Both the position numbers and the translations under genes were made by a program. A stretch of 64,000 nt of DNA, from positions 995,965 to 1,059,964 of the forward strand of contig JAAOMT010000129.1 in the NCBI GenBank assembly GCA_016748015.1. Direction: 5' to 3'. The DNA is from Geosiphon pyriformis uo1 (Eukaryota > Fungi > Glomeromycota). Shown here in pieces: positions 25,801 through 38,419 of this stretch (position 1 is its first letter; every line of letters begins with the position of its first letter). The notes under the pieces were generated by a model, which was given only the letters and a program-made list of their open reading frames with translations, did no database searches and had not been told where the DNA came from.

Positions 25801-27517
25801 AGTCAGCCCTTTGAATAATTTCTTGGCGAGTGCTGTTTGTGTTCTCTTCGATTGCAAATTATCTTTGAGTGGGTCTTTTGGTAATCCGTTTCAGCTTTGT
25901 GGTGGGGTTCCCATGTCTACTGTTCTCGGTGAGTCTAGATTTGTCAAGTTCCTTCCCTCACTCCGACGATATGGCATTGCCTTTGTTGACCAACTCCGTG
26001 ATCATCATGGAGCTGTGTTTGACTGATACAAATTTAAGCGGTGGAAGAGGTTGGACCCTTGTGGCCCAACTCCTGAGTGGTTCACGCTTTCTGTCGAGTT
26101 TCTGTCTGATACATCTTCTCCTCATGCCCCTTCTCCTGCTTTGGCTGGTGTAGGTCTTCAGAGTATTCTCGCCTTTCCTGGTTTTGTGTTGGTTCATGAT
26201 TGGCTTTCCCAAGTTCTTCTTAGTAGCATTTCTGTTTATACGGATGAATCTCTGACGAACCTAGGTACCAAGAATTGCACAGCTGGGACTGGTGTTTTTT
26301 TCAGTGACATTGATCTGGGTTTGGGTGTTGGAGTTTCGGGTCTGCTGTCTTCTACATTGGTGGAAATGCAGGCTATTGCACTGGTGCTGGAGTGTGTCCC
26401 CCGTTCTAGTTGTATTCATCTGTTCTCTGACAGTCAAGCTGCTCTGGATGCCTGCAAGTTGGAATTGGGTATGGTGCATCTGGATTTTCACAACTGTTGT
26501 TGGATCGAATGCCTGCATATTGTAGACATTATTCATAGCAAAAACTTATTGGTTGAATGGCACAAAGTGAAAGACCACTCTGGTGTAATTGGAAATGAAC
26601 GTGCTAATGCTATTGCTGGTGCTTCTTCTCACTCGGGCTGGTTCCTTCCTTCCCAATTGCATGCGCACTTCTTGTTGGTGGATGGTGGGGCTGTTTCTGG
26701 CAATTCCAGGCATTTTGTTTGCGATATTTTTTGTTCTGTTAGTCATGTGCACTGGGAGACTGGTTCTGGTTCTAAATTTCTGCCTGCCAGTTTGTTCGCA
26801 GACGTAGATTGGTTTTGCTCTTTACTGGTATGGCATCCTGACTCACACATGGCCGCTGGCCACACTAGCAAGCCCACAGCAGATGTGTGCAGTTTTCTCA
26901 TGAAGGCATTGCACCACTGGCTGCCTGTTGCTGTTCGTAAATGCTTGTATAACAGAAGATACCCTAGCGTGTTGTGCTTATATTGTGGTGAGATGAAGAC
27001 ATCAGATCATGTTTTTTCTTGCAAGGCTGATGTCTCCGCACGTCCTCAGATACTGAATACATGTTCGAAATCTTGGATGGTGCTTTCTGGTCTGTCTCTC
27101 TCTTTTTTCTGCATGCTGCAATTGCTGTCTTCTTGTGCCTCTGATGTTTCTGTATTTACAGCTCTCTCTAAAGGGTTTGTTTTTATTGAGTGGCTTCATA
27201 AAGCTGTCTCTGTTTTCAAATGTTACAAGACTGCTAGTTCAAAAATTGTTGAGTTTGTGCATTCCCTTAGTTTTGCTTTTAGGAATAATATTTGGTTGGT
27301 TAGAGTTAAGCATCATGCGTTTATGGAAAAAAATAATCTTATCCCACTTGACGGTTCGGTTCCTATATAGGGTCCTGGCTCGGCTTCTAGGTTCTTGGCT
27401 GGTGTTGTTAGACTACTTGGTGTGGCTGAGGCTCTTGGTGTTTGTTTTGGCTTTTGTAAACAATGTTCTTTCTTTTCTGGTGTCAGTGATTCCGTTTCAG
27501 TACATATAACAGTGTAG
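22829..27517 (+). pseudogene. LINE ORF2 polyprotein: AP-endonuclease, reverse transcriptase, RNase H, C-terminal zinc finger; several internal stops, no frameshift
   Basis: KIATCNVR, ETKL, GVAI, LGGNFN and IDYFF (EN); PIALIE, QDMQKVYD, QGE, FVDD and YLG (RT); YTDESL, SDSQAA, KVKDHSG and GNERA (RNase H); CLYCGEMKTSDHVFSC. All ORF-track fragments lie in one frame. Confidence 0.92.
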
Positions 27518-27659
27518 TGTTGTCTTGATTGGCCTGAGTGGTTGGTCACATGTAGGAAAAGCATGATTCATACTTAGTTTATATCATTTCTTTGGTATAT
27601 AGCTCTAAATAGTGTTTGGATCTCACTCATAAAACGTAATAAAAAAAAAGAATAAATAT

Positions 27660-28400
27660 TTAAAAATTAAATTATTAAATTATAATTTAATTAGTTTTTA
27701 TACATATTTTATAAAAACTTTTTATAAATATTTGTTGGTTATTATAAAAAAATTTTTTTATAAATTTAAATATTTTAGTGTAAATTGTATTTATTATAAT
27801 TTAATAAAAAATTTAAATTATGTTTTTATGTATTTTTTAAATTTTATTATAAGAACAATAATTATTACTAATTATTATATTAAATAGTGTGATTTATTAA
27901 ATTAATTAATTATATGTTTATTGATTTTTTATTTATTTTATTAATAATTTTTTATATATAATTATTGTTAAAAATTTTGTTTTTAAGAATTAATTTTTGT
28001 ATTATAAATTTTGTTTAAATTTTAATTATATACTATAAAACAAATATTTAATTATTAAATTCTAAGCTTAAAATTGAAAATAAAAGAAATTTAATTATTA
28101 ATAATAATTTTATTTTACTTAATATATATAATCTAATAATATTTGGTTTATAAAATATAAAATATAATTTAAATTTTGTTTAAAATTAATTAGTTTATTT
28201 TGGTTTAATTTTTAATTTGTAATTGTTTTTTGTTGGTTTTTGTAAATTTTTTAAAGTTTTTGGTTTTGTAAGTATTTAATATAGTTTTAATTAATTTAAA
28301 TAACTGGTTATATAAAAAAAAACATAAGTTATACTTATTTTAAAATCTTTTATAGTTGTATTATAATAAATAATAATTGAATTATTCTAGTTATAAAAAT
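27660..28400 (+). mobile_element. Heavily AT-shifted fossil of a LINE ORF2 C-terminus plus 3'UTR
   Basis: TATACATATTTTATAAAAACT...TATTTTAGTGTAAATTGTATTTATTAT...AATTATGTTTTT reads as decayed RTYFMKA...YPSVNCIYC...DHVF. The 3'UTR relic at ~28297-28400 matches 34454-34560 and 27535-27650. Confidence 0.6.
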
Positions 28401-29477
28401 TAAATTAAGTTTGTATAAATTATTAATTAGTAATTTGGTTAATAATAATTAATAATTTACTATTTAAAATAAATATAAATATAAATTAATTTATAATTTA
28501 GAAAAAAATATGTAAAAAAAAAATTTTTTTAATTTAATTTTTATTTTAAATTTATAAAAATTAAATAAATTTATTAATTAAAACTTTAAACCTTTATTTA
28601 AATCAATTTAAATATTTTATTTGTGTAATTTTTGTATAATTTATTATATTGTTATTATTAAAATATATTATTAATTAATTTAACTTATTATTCTTATTAC
28701 TTAATAAGTTTAATTATTAACTTTAACTTTTAAAACCCTTATAAAATAACAATTTTTATTGTTATTACATAAATAAAAGCTAATAATTATTACTTAATTT
28801 AATTTATTATTAATTTTAAGATTTAATTTAATTTAAAAAAAGTTTATAATCAAACTTGATAAAATATTAAATTAACCAAATTAAATATAATTGCAATTTT
28901 AATAAAAATAATTAATTTATACTTTGAAAAATAATTATAATAATTCAATAATAAAAATAATACTACAATTTTTTAATATTATTAAATGTTCTATTATTAT
29001 TTTTAATGGGACAATTATGTTTAAAATTCAAATTCAAATACAAATACAAATATTGTATTTTATTCAATTTTCTAGTATAGCATTTGTAACAATAGTATTA
29101 GATTGACTTGAGAATGCCAAATAAAATTTTCCCTATTTCAAATTTAGATAATGGAGTGGCGGTGAATTTAATTTCGATGTAAAAAACTAATGTTTACTTC
29201 AATAAAATTTGGGCTGAACTTTAAATTAGAAGCAGGTTGGTTGATCTTAGCAATCAATGCGAGGCGAAGCCTTAAATATTTGGGCTATCAAAGCCACGTT
29301 AATGTTTTTTAATATCCGATATTTTAATAGAACCGTGCCACCAGCATATTACGTGAGGTATAAAACTCGGGATTTTTGTTCCGAGTTTATATCATCATTA
29401 TTTTAGTCCGAATCGCTACTACTCGAGTAATCTTCACATTTGGACAATAGTCATCTATAATTGTTTTAATTTTATCA

Positions 29478-31208
29478 ATGTTCCCAGAGGAAACCGATGA
29501 TCTCATTACTCAAACACCAACTGCGAACGTTGACTCGAGTGACTCTGATTTCTCACAAGGGGAAACTTCTTCTGGGGAAATCGCAGTTGTAGAAGAGGAA
29601 GAGGAGGAAGCTTGTGGTGGTAGTGGTAGTGGTGGTGGTGGTAGTGGTGGTGGTGGTGGTGGTAATGAGACTGAAGGAATCACTCCAACTGAGGGAACAG
29701 ATGGTTGGGGAGCTTTGGGGTACATGTTCGCAGATTTGTTGTTTAGCTGGCTAGATAGCTTTCCCTTGGACAATACACACACTTCAATAAATGGGGAACA
29801 AGCTACTAATAGTAGCAAGCCTCATCCAAACAATAAAAATACTTCAATAATAGACATTCCATTACAGTTTATAGATTTATTAACTTATCCTGATGTTGAT
29901 CCAAATGCCTCCAAAAAAGCATCTTTCGCAGGTTTGCTTAAAAAATGTTTCGCTCATACAACGTAAATTAATTTTGCTACCAACACTAATTTTGATTTCA
30001 TTTATAGTGTTACGAGAGATCTCGTTTGTAAAACAACGAAGACAGGTTCTTTTCGGGTTAAGCCTATCTATGTTAATAGTTAGACTATGCTCTTGGGATC
30101 TTTTCTTTGTTTTATTATTTGCAGCCAATTGTGGAATGTTATTCCTGATGAAGAATTCCGGCAAAGTTAATGTGACGATGGCCAAAAGGTTTGTCGGGAA
30201 TTCTTGTCTACTTCACTTGACTTTCTTACCCTTAATCTGGATAATTCACGATTAATATTTAACATATATAGAGCCGTCCGTCAACGAATTGTGTGGGCAA
30301 AACAGTGGGCCGGTTCATTCTTACGTAAAAAAGCAACCTCTAGCAGTAATCCAAACTCAAATAATCATCTATCTCCTTCTCCGAGTTCTACCAGTAAAAC
30401 GAGGGGATTTGATGGAAGAGTTAATCCTACAACACCTACTTTAATTATTGAAAAAATTGTATCCCAAGCTCCTATTCAAAGTGGGAGTCTTAGTGATACT
30501 ACACATGGTGGATCCGTCACTTCAAAGTTATCAAATCGTCGTAGAAAGTTTTTTCGTAAAACCAATCATGGTTCTTCAACAGGAGCATCAAAAGCAGTAA
30601 ATGTTCCCAACTCTTCATCAGAGACGGCCTCATTGGCTACCTTATATCAGAATGGCTCAAAGACATCAATTTCTTCTTTGGGAACAATGAATGGGTTATT
30701 ACTTGCATCTCCTACATTAAATGGAACGTCGAACAACTATACAAATCTATCTATGACCTCAGAGCCCGCACAATTATCAGCTCATCTTAATGTCGAGAAG
30801 CACACATCTAGCTCCTCTTCCATTTCAAAAAGACGTTTCTTTAAAGGAAGGAGCAATACGAATAACAATGCTAGCCTAACTTCTTCATCTGCTCCACCAA
30901 CATTACCAGAAATTCCTAAATTTAGCTCGCTTAATAGTTCAAACACCACCTTCATTTCGCAACCTTTTGATTTTAGAGTAATGGCACCTTCATCCCCGTC
31001 AACACACGAGTCCAACATCAATATCAATGCGTCAGGAAGTGAGGAGCTGTTGCCCAATAACAAAATCTTTCAAAGCGTCAAGTCTTGGCCGATCAATGCT
31101 AAGGGTAAAAGTTCAAAATATTTTGTTGATCATGGTCTAATTATGTCTGATCTAATTGCAAGTGATTTAAGTGAAAAAAAGATGGTCGGTGAAAAATACA
31201 ACATTTAA
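29478..31208 (+). CDS. Hypothetical membrane protein with Ser/Asn-rich tail; exons 29478-29931, 30008-30188, 30272-31208
   Basis: GT-AG introns join the ORFs in frame (FA-VLREISFVKQRRQVLFGLSLSMLIVRLCSWDLFFVLLFAANCGMLFLMKNSGKVNVTMAKR-AVRQRIVWAKQW); two hydrophobic helices. No family recognised. Confidence 0.7.
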
Positions 31209-31683
31209 TGTCAATTGGAATTCTTATTTTGTCGTCTTCCCCTTTAGCTCACATGATGGATGAATTGCGTCTAAAACAACACCAGGGGTTTCCACTTTCG
31301 AAATCTCAAAGACATCGTAAAAATCTCAGCGCGTCAGCTCCCATCACAAATTATTTAACTGAACTTCCCGATTAGGAGAAATATTCAGTAATCAAAATTT
31401 TCATGTTTGCCATTCTAGTTTTTTACCTCCCGTCATCTTGGACATTTTTAATACACTTTTTTTTAGAAAAAAAGTCCATTAGTCAATAAATTTCCTTATT
31501 CCCTATTCAATGTGCTTAAAAAATATGTTTCCTGGTAAAGTTCTTATGATCCCATTATCAAATAATTAATTTTGGAACTATTGTGTGAATCAATATTTTC
31601 AACTCAAATTTCCCGAGTTTTCGGGGCGATATTTTTGTCAACGTATTTTTTCTTGTATTATTTTACATTTTTTCATTCCCCCC

Positions 31684-31703
31684 NNNNNNNNNNNNNNNNN
31701 NNN
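31684..31703. other. Assembly gap inside a poly-C run
   Basis: 20 N flanked by C runs. Confidence 0.99.
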
Positions 31704-31898
31704 CCCCCCCCCCCCCCCCTTTTGCATAGATTTGATACACTTCAATGTACAACAAAACAAAAATTCACAAAAGTGGTTCAAAAAGCGTTAGATGAATCGC
31801 TGTCAAAATTTAAATTTACAAGTTTAAAAAGTAGCCTTTTTTTCAATCACAAAAATTCAATAAAAAATCCCTTATTTATCAGTTAATTGCGTTTTGAA

Positions 31899-33266
31899 TT
31901 AATCAGTACTATTTCGCAGTATATTCAAGACTTCATCATCGCTTTCCTCGCTTCCAAGATCTTCTTCATGCTCGAAAAGACTGATATCAACGGTAACATC
32001 ACCTTCCTCCATAAACGTCGCGTCTGATTTCGCTAAAGATTCGTCTTGTTCGAATAATTGGCGACCTAAGAAGTTTTATTTAGCTTTATGTGTGAACACG
32101 CAGATCACTCCAATCTCATCGATATTATGCTCAAAATTTTAGACACCTGTCAATTTTAATCGTTTCATTTCTTCACGTTTCAAAGCAGCCGCTCCTTTCT
32201 CCAAACGTTCCTTTTCCAAACGCTCACGCTCAAAATTCTGTTTCCATTCTATGAATGCAGGGATTGTTACTTTGGTTCCTTGAAATCGTGCTTGTTCTGC
32301 CTGTATACAATAAAATGGATCAGAAAAAATTAATAATCCAAGATAATAGAAAGCATACAATCCGAATTTCAAATTTTGATTAAAAAATAGCCAATGAACA
32401 TGACCTCTATTTCTTTTCGAACTCGAGCTTCCTCATCCCGTTTTCTTTGCTCTTGATTTTCTATTACTAATAAACTCAATGAATCTTTTAATAATGATAC
32501 GAGGGTAAATACCATTGCCATCCCAGTAGAATCTTCTGCCTGATCCAAAGTACCCAATATATTAGAACCAATCATTTCCCACGCGGAAAAATTGAAACCA
32601 TCAATCCAAAACGAAATTCTCACCACACTTATAACTTCAGTATTTAACTTATCATAATCCTCTGGTGATAGCGAGCCATTTGTTATATCTATTGTTATCT
32701 CGGGAAGCTGATCCGGATAATTCGGCGTGTATTTTATGTGTAACGCTAATATTACTAGGGATTAGAAAATTGGTTAAATATCTGAGAAGTTTAATATAAG
32801 GACAAATTCTTGGCAGTAAAAATAATGAATAAAATACATGGAATCAGACTATCTTGTTCTTCAGGTGTAACTTTTATTAAAAATTCTCCCGGTCCTATTT
32901 CTGATAAGGAAAAAGCCAAAAAAATTAGAATATATAGTATTTCTTCATGTTATCTTTCAGATATTACGAATGGCTCCATATTAACCCCGAAAGATTGGCC
33001 TTTATTTTGAAAGAACAAAGTACAACTTCCTTCATGACAAAGCAATACGCTCAGACCAGTATTTTACACTACCAAACATTTGATACCTTCCAGCTCATCC
33101 GGGTAAATAGATTTCAACACTTCTAATTCCTGTGCTTGTTCTTCTTTGTAGTCTTGTGCGTAGGTAATAAGTGGGAAAGCATGGCCCAAGTAAAAGTCAA
33201 TTTGGGAGTAAATGTAAAAAAATTATATTGAAAATTTAAATTCGAAATAAAAAACTTACCAGTCAT
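31899..33266 (-). CDS. GIR2: RWD-domain protein RWDD1/Gir2 (DRG2/Rbg2 partner)
   Basis: MTDYKEEQAQELEVLKSIYPDEL, YTPNYPDQLP, GMAMVFTLVS, FQGTKVT..F.EWK, KLTGRQLFE and an acidic tail; about 6 exons. Confidence 0.9.
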
Positions 33267-33719
33267 GGAATAAAAATTATAAAATTTTATATTTATTTTT
33301 AATCACAAAAAACTGAACGAGGGTGACAATGCCTTTTGATCTCGAGAACTGAGAATTTTCAAAATTGACGTAAGCCAGGATAGGATTGGTGGGTTTTTTG
33401 ATTTGAGTTTTTAGAGTTAAAATTTATATATTTTAAATTTGTTAATTTTTATAAAATTAATTAATAATTCAATTTAATTTTGAATTTCAATTTTTTGAAT
33501 TTTACTTTTTTTAATTAAACAATTAAGTTTAAAATTAAAAATTTAATATTTTTTTTAATTAAATATTAAATTATTTTTTCTATTTTTTGATAAATGGTTT
33601 TTTTTTTACATTTTTTAAACTTTTTATTATAAGTTTTTATTTAAATTATTAAATTATTATAATTAATATTTTTAAAATTTTGTATTATTTTAAAAAGTCA
33701 ATATTAAAAAAAGATTTTT

Positions 33720-34562
33720 TTTGGCAAATGGTAAAATAATTCTAAAATATTTATTATTTTATAAGAAATTTGTTTAAATTGACAAGTTTTATTAACTAAA
33801 AAGCCAAATATGTTGTTAAGTTTGTTAATAAGTCTTTAACAAAAAATTTTAATCTAATAAAATTTGTTTTAGTATAATATTCTAAGAAATATTAAAAACT
33901 GATTTATTAAATTGTAGTATTTCTGGCTTTTATACTTATTTTGTAAAAGCTTTGTATAAATAATTATTTATTGTTGTAAAAAAATTGTTATTAAAATTTG
34001 TTTTAATAAATATATTGTTTTAATTAACAGATTATTTGTAAGCTCTTTTGTTTTCTAATTGTTATATAATATTATTATTAATATTTGTTTTTATATAATA
34101 ATTGTTAAAGCTTTTATTTTTAAAAATTGATTTGTTGAATTTTTTATAATATTTAAAAATGCTATTAAAACTGATTTATATATTAAAAATTTTGTTTATA
34201 ACATAATAATATATTATAAAAAAATTATTTGATTATTAAACTTTAAATTTCAAATTAAATACAAAAAAAGAAGTTTAATTATTAATAATAAATTTGTTTT
34301 GGCCAATATTTGTAATTAATAATCCTTAGCTTTAATGATTTTGTTTGTAAAAATGGTTTTATTTAAGATTAGCTTGTTGGTTTTGGTATTATTGTTGATT
34401 TGCAGTTAGTTTTAATAATTTTTGCAGATTAAATAATGTAGTCTTGATTGGTCTGAGTAATTGGTTATATAAAAAAAACATGAACTATACTTATTTTGTA
34501 ATCTTTATAATTGTATTGTAGTAAGTAGTAATTAGATTGTACTCATAAAACAAATAAATAAA
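33720..34562 (+). mobile_element. AT-shifted fossil 3' fragment of the LINE family
   Basis: TCTGGCTTTTATACTTATTTTGTAAAAGCTTTGTAT reads as SG.RTYFVKAL; terminal GTCTTGATTGGTCTGAGTAATTGGTTATAT...GTACTCATAAAAC matches the LINE 3'UTR. Confidence 0.7.
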
Positions 34563-36124
34563 ATTTTAATTTATTTTTAAATATAAAGAGTGTTAATAAA
34601 ATGATATTTATTATTTTTAATGTAATTCTTAAAAAAATAAACAAATGAAATTTCAATATAAAATTATTCAGTATTCTTAAATCAAATAAAAACCAATAAA
34701 CTAATAAAAATTTATTTATAGCTATTTAAAAGAATATTTTCTTTTTTCAGTTTCTTAATATTTTTTAGAAAACTTTATTTTATTTAATAAACAACATATT
34801 AATATGCTTGAATCTTAAACCATATTTTGTTTTATAAAAAAAAGTTTCTTTTTTTTATGATTTTGGAAAGCTCATTAAATAAAATTCTAATCTTCATAAA
34901 AAAAAACTTGATGGCTTTTGACATAATAATTCAAAATCTGAGAAACCTTTGATTAAATCATTTCTTTTTAATTACTGATTAAACAGATTAAACATCACGA
35001 GGTCATATTTTCTTGAAAATCATCTACTTTTTTATAAAGCGTATTTCTGAAATCAAAATATTTTTTTCAGAATATATATAGAAATGACAAAGTTTCTATT
35101 CAGCGATAAAATTCTGGAAATTTAAAGCCATGAAATTTCCTTTTTAGGTATTGAAAACAATAAATAAAATAATGGAATTTCCAAAAATGTAAACATTAAA
35201 GTTGATGTAATATTCGTAGATCAAAAATTCGGAATATCAAATATACAATGGAGATTTTAACATTCATCATTTTTGGGAGTGATCAACAAATAATTTGACA
35301 AATAATTAGAATGTAAATATCTAAAATAAAATTTTATTTATGTCAGACGATTCATTGATACATTTCAATTTCGTGTGTTATCTGATATTTAACCTTTCAT
35401 TTTTTTTTCAAAATATCTTTTTTTCTTAATAAATAAAATTTACACAATCACCAAAACTCAAATGTCTCAAAACACAATATTGTGAATGACCTAACTCTCA
35501 TTTTTGATCTGATTGTATCACCAATTAAAATTTTGTTCTTTACAAAATCATAATAATCGATCATCTCTCTCTGAGGTTTCCCATTATTTGTTTGATTCGA
35601 GATTGATCTTGATGAAATATGGTTCCAATTGTTATCGTGAAATGATGAAATATTTAGTGATTTTTAAGGACAATACTCTTCGAATCCGATTCCTTTTCGT
35701 CCTATTTGACCAATATCACCCCTCAAAAGCCTTATCTTGCAGAAAAGCTTGTAAAGCTTTCGCTTAAATTTCATCGTATCCATAAATTCATAAATAGGCC
35801 CAATTTTCGATTGTTTTACCCGAGAAATAAATGAATGTTGTGATGATCAGACAAAACATAATTTAATTTTTCGATGAAAAGGGAACGAGTTAATAAAAAG
35901 GATTTTGATCTACTTTTCGACTCATATAAATTTCGAGGATGGTGGGTGGGTTTAAAGCAGTTGGTTTAATTTTACGCATTATTTGAAACTTTGTATTTCT
36001 TGATAGTAGATTAGAATTGATAAAATTATTTCAAAGTCACTTTTTAAAGAAGATGATAATAATCCAATTTTCAAATTTTTACCTTGAAAATTGTAAAAAA
36101 ACAAAAAGAAAAAATAATTTTTCG

Positions 36125-37540
36125 ATGCGATATTTGGTAATCTTAATTATTTCTTTGATCCTATTATTATCATATTCGACTTTGATCAATGCAACACCTT
36201 TACACAGAAAACGACAAGATTTCAATATGACATCAGAGGACTTTTTTTTAAATTCGAATAATTTAAATATTGACCTAGAGGAACAATCACTCTTAATGGA
36301 ACCAGAACCAATTACACAATTCGCTTACACATCAATAGATAATGAGAAAATCAACACAGATTTTGATATAAATCCCATTGATAAAGAACCAATGGATCAT
36401 CTCGTCGCCAAATGGAGCCCTTTAAATGGAGTTTGGAGTGGAGAACAACAAATTAAAGAAACTCCAAGTAGAAAGCAAATTACCTCAAATAGTTTTATCA
36501 CGAAGCTGAAGCACTATGTATTTTTAGCAAATGAAGCGAATTGTGGAACTTTTGGAGATTGGGCATTTTCTCCAGAAGTTCGAGGTATGTTTTTTTCTCC
36601 ACAAATCCTGATATATTTTTTTGATTAATTTAAAGAAGAAATCTTTTTGGCGAAAAATTTTAATCAGACTGATCTATTTTCTCTATGGAAATTCTAGGTT
36701 TCATTTTAATAATTGAATCAACCTCACAAATTATCATTGGGTTGCGCAGACATAAACCTCTTATGGGAGTTGAAGATTGGCCATGGAAGAATAACCCAAT
36801 GGAATCTATAGGAAAAAATAGTCCAGGAGATGTATTAGTTCATGCAGAAATTTTCAAATTGTATTCAATGGCAAAATCTCGTCTTTTGAGTAATGTGAAG
36901 GAAATGGTGGCAATTTCAAAGCATAGGAACTTTGAAATTGTGTTGATTGGAGAAGGTATTGGTGGTGGTATGTTTTAAAAATTATCCTACATTAAAACAA
37001 TGAATTTTGATTAAACTAAGCATTATTAAAATAAATTCTTTCTATTTAAAATATTCAGCGTATGCAAGTCTCGCTGCGCTTGATATACATAAAATCGCAC
37101 CTGCAAATCCAATCAAAGTATTCACATTCGGTCAACCACGACTCGGAAATCTCGCATTTGCAAAATATATAAACAGTTTCAGCCCAGCTTTACGAGTTTA
37201 TCGTGTCACACATTACAAAGATAACGTACCATTAATACCAACGTCTGATGAAGGGTATCATCATTGTGATCAAGAGATTTGGATTACTGGCACCAATTCC
37301 CGAAATCCATTGGCCTTTCAGTGCATATCAATTAATGATGTCGAGAATCAGGTATGTAATAAATGAATATTTAATATTTGCGTTAAAAAACCTCTTTTTA
37401 ACTCCTCATTTTTTTGATATTTTGCATAGGAGTGTATCAATTCTAAACGAATTAATAATGCCGATCATTCATTGCATTACACATCATACTTCAATACTAA
37501 ATTTGGGAGTTGTGCATTTACACAACACGAGAAAAGCTAA
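36125..37540 (+). CDS. Secreted class-3 lipase-fold protein, catalytic Ser replaced (GEGIG); exons 36125-36584, 36698-36967, 37059-37351, 37430-37540
   Basis: Signal peptide MRYLVILIISLILLLSYSTLINA; KR site; VHAEIF; IVLIGEGIGGAYASLAALD; FTFGQPRLGN..FA.YI; RVTHYKDNVP.IP; YHHCDQEIWI; C-terminal His. ORF intact. Confidence 0.88.
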
Positions 37541-38311
37541 CACAAATTTTCTCTGTTAAAATAAAATTCTGATTTGTTAAACCTATATCTACATCTTTTT
37601 AATTTTCAATTGAAATATTTCTGTTCCCTATTAAACATATTGGTTTTTATTATAGAATCCAAAATAACATGTTAGGAAAATTTTAGATTTTTAAATTATG
37701 GTTTGAGCAGAAGTTTCGAAAGAACACTTTAGAATTCAGAAATTTAATTTAAATATACTTTTAATTTAAGAATAATAAGAAAATAGGTTTTCAAATTATT
37801 TATTAATCAAATATAAAATACATTTATATATTACTATTTAATATTTTTAGACCTGGAAATTTTACAATATATACACGTATTAGTTTTTAATGCAGAAAAA
37901 TTTTTTATTTCAACTAATTTTTTAATATACATGTAAATAAAGTATTATTAAAAATTTTTAATATAGTTGTTTTATTTTTATTTTTAATAAGGTTTTAATG
38001 TAGTTTAAAAAAATATCAATTGCAATTTAAGAATCTAAAAAAATGCAATTTGTATTAAAAAAAACTACAATGTTCAATTCAAACAAAAATAAACAAATTT
38101 GTATTTTGTAAATTCAAAACAAAAATGATTTATATTTTGAAAGTATTTATTAAAAAAAATTAAAGAGCATATCTCTTTCAATATTATTATCAAGTTCAAA
38201 AAACATAATATGGATACTTATAAAAATAATTAATAATAATACAAAATTATTGAAAATATTATAAAATTTAATATTTTCGTTATTATTATTATTATTATTA
38301 TTATTTGCAAT

Positions 38312-38419
38312 CGGGTGGCTGGTCACATGTAGCTAAAGCGGTTATTCACTCCTTGTTTATAGTGATTATTCATTGTATGATGGTTGGGCCACACTTCGTT
38401 AAAGCATAATAATAAAAAA
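38312..38419 (+). mobile_element. 108-bp mini retro-element with A-rich tail, flanked by 10-bp target-site duplication TATTTGCAAT
   Basis: TATTTGCAAT at 38302-38311 and 38420-38429; the body CGGGTGGCTGGTCACATGTAG...GGGCCACACTTCGTTAAAGC-ATAATAATAAAAAA matches the LINE 3'UTR. Confidence 0.8.

Larger units (their letters stand above)
20848..27650 (+). mobile_element. Full-length non-LTR retrotransposon (LINE, APE-endonuclease type with RNase H), inactivated
   Basis: Higher-GC 6.8 kb block with 5'UTR, ORF1, ORF2, 3'UTR and A-rich tail (27637-27649). Weak candidate TSD GAATAAATA at 20839-20847 and 27650-27658. Confidence 0.93.

Noticed and set aside
20839-27658. GAATAAATA as a firm TSD of the LINE
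   Set aside because: The match is plausible by chance in such AT-rich flanks; kept only as a weak candidate.
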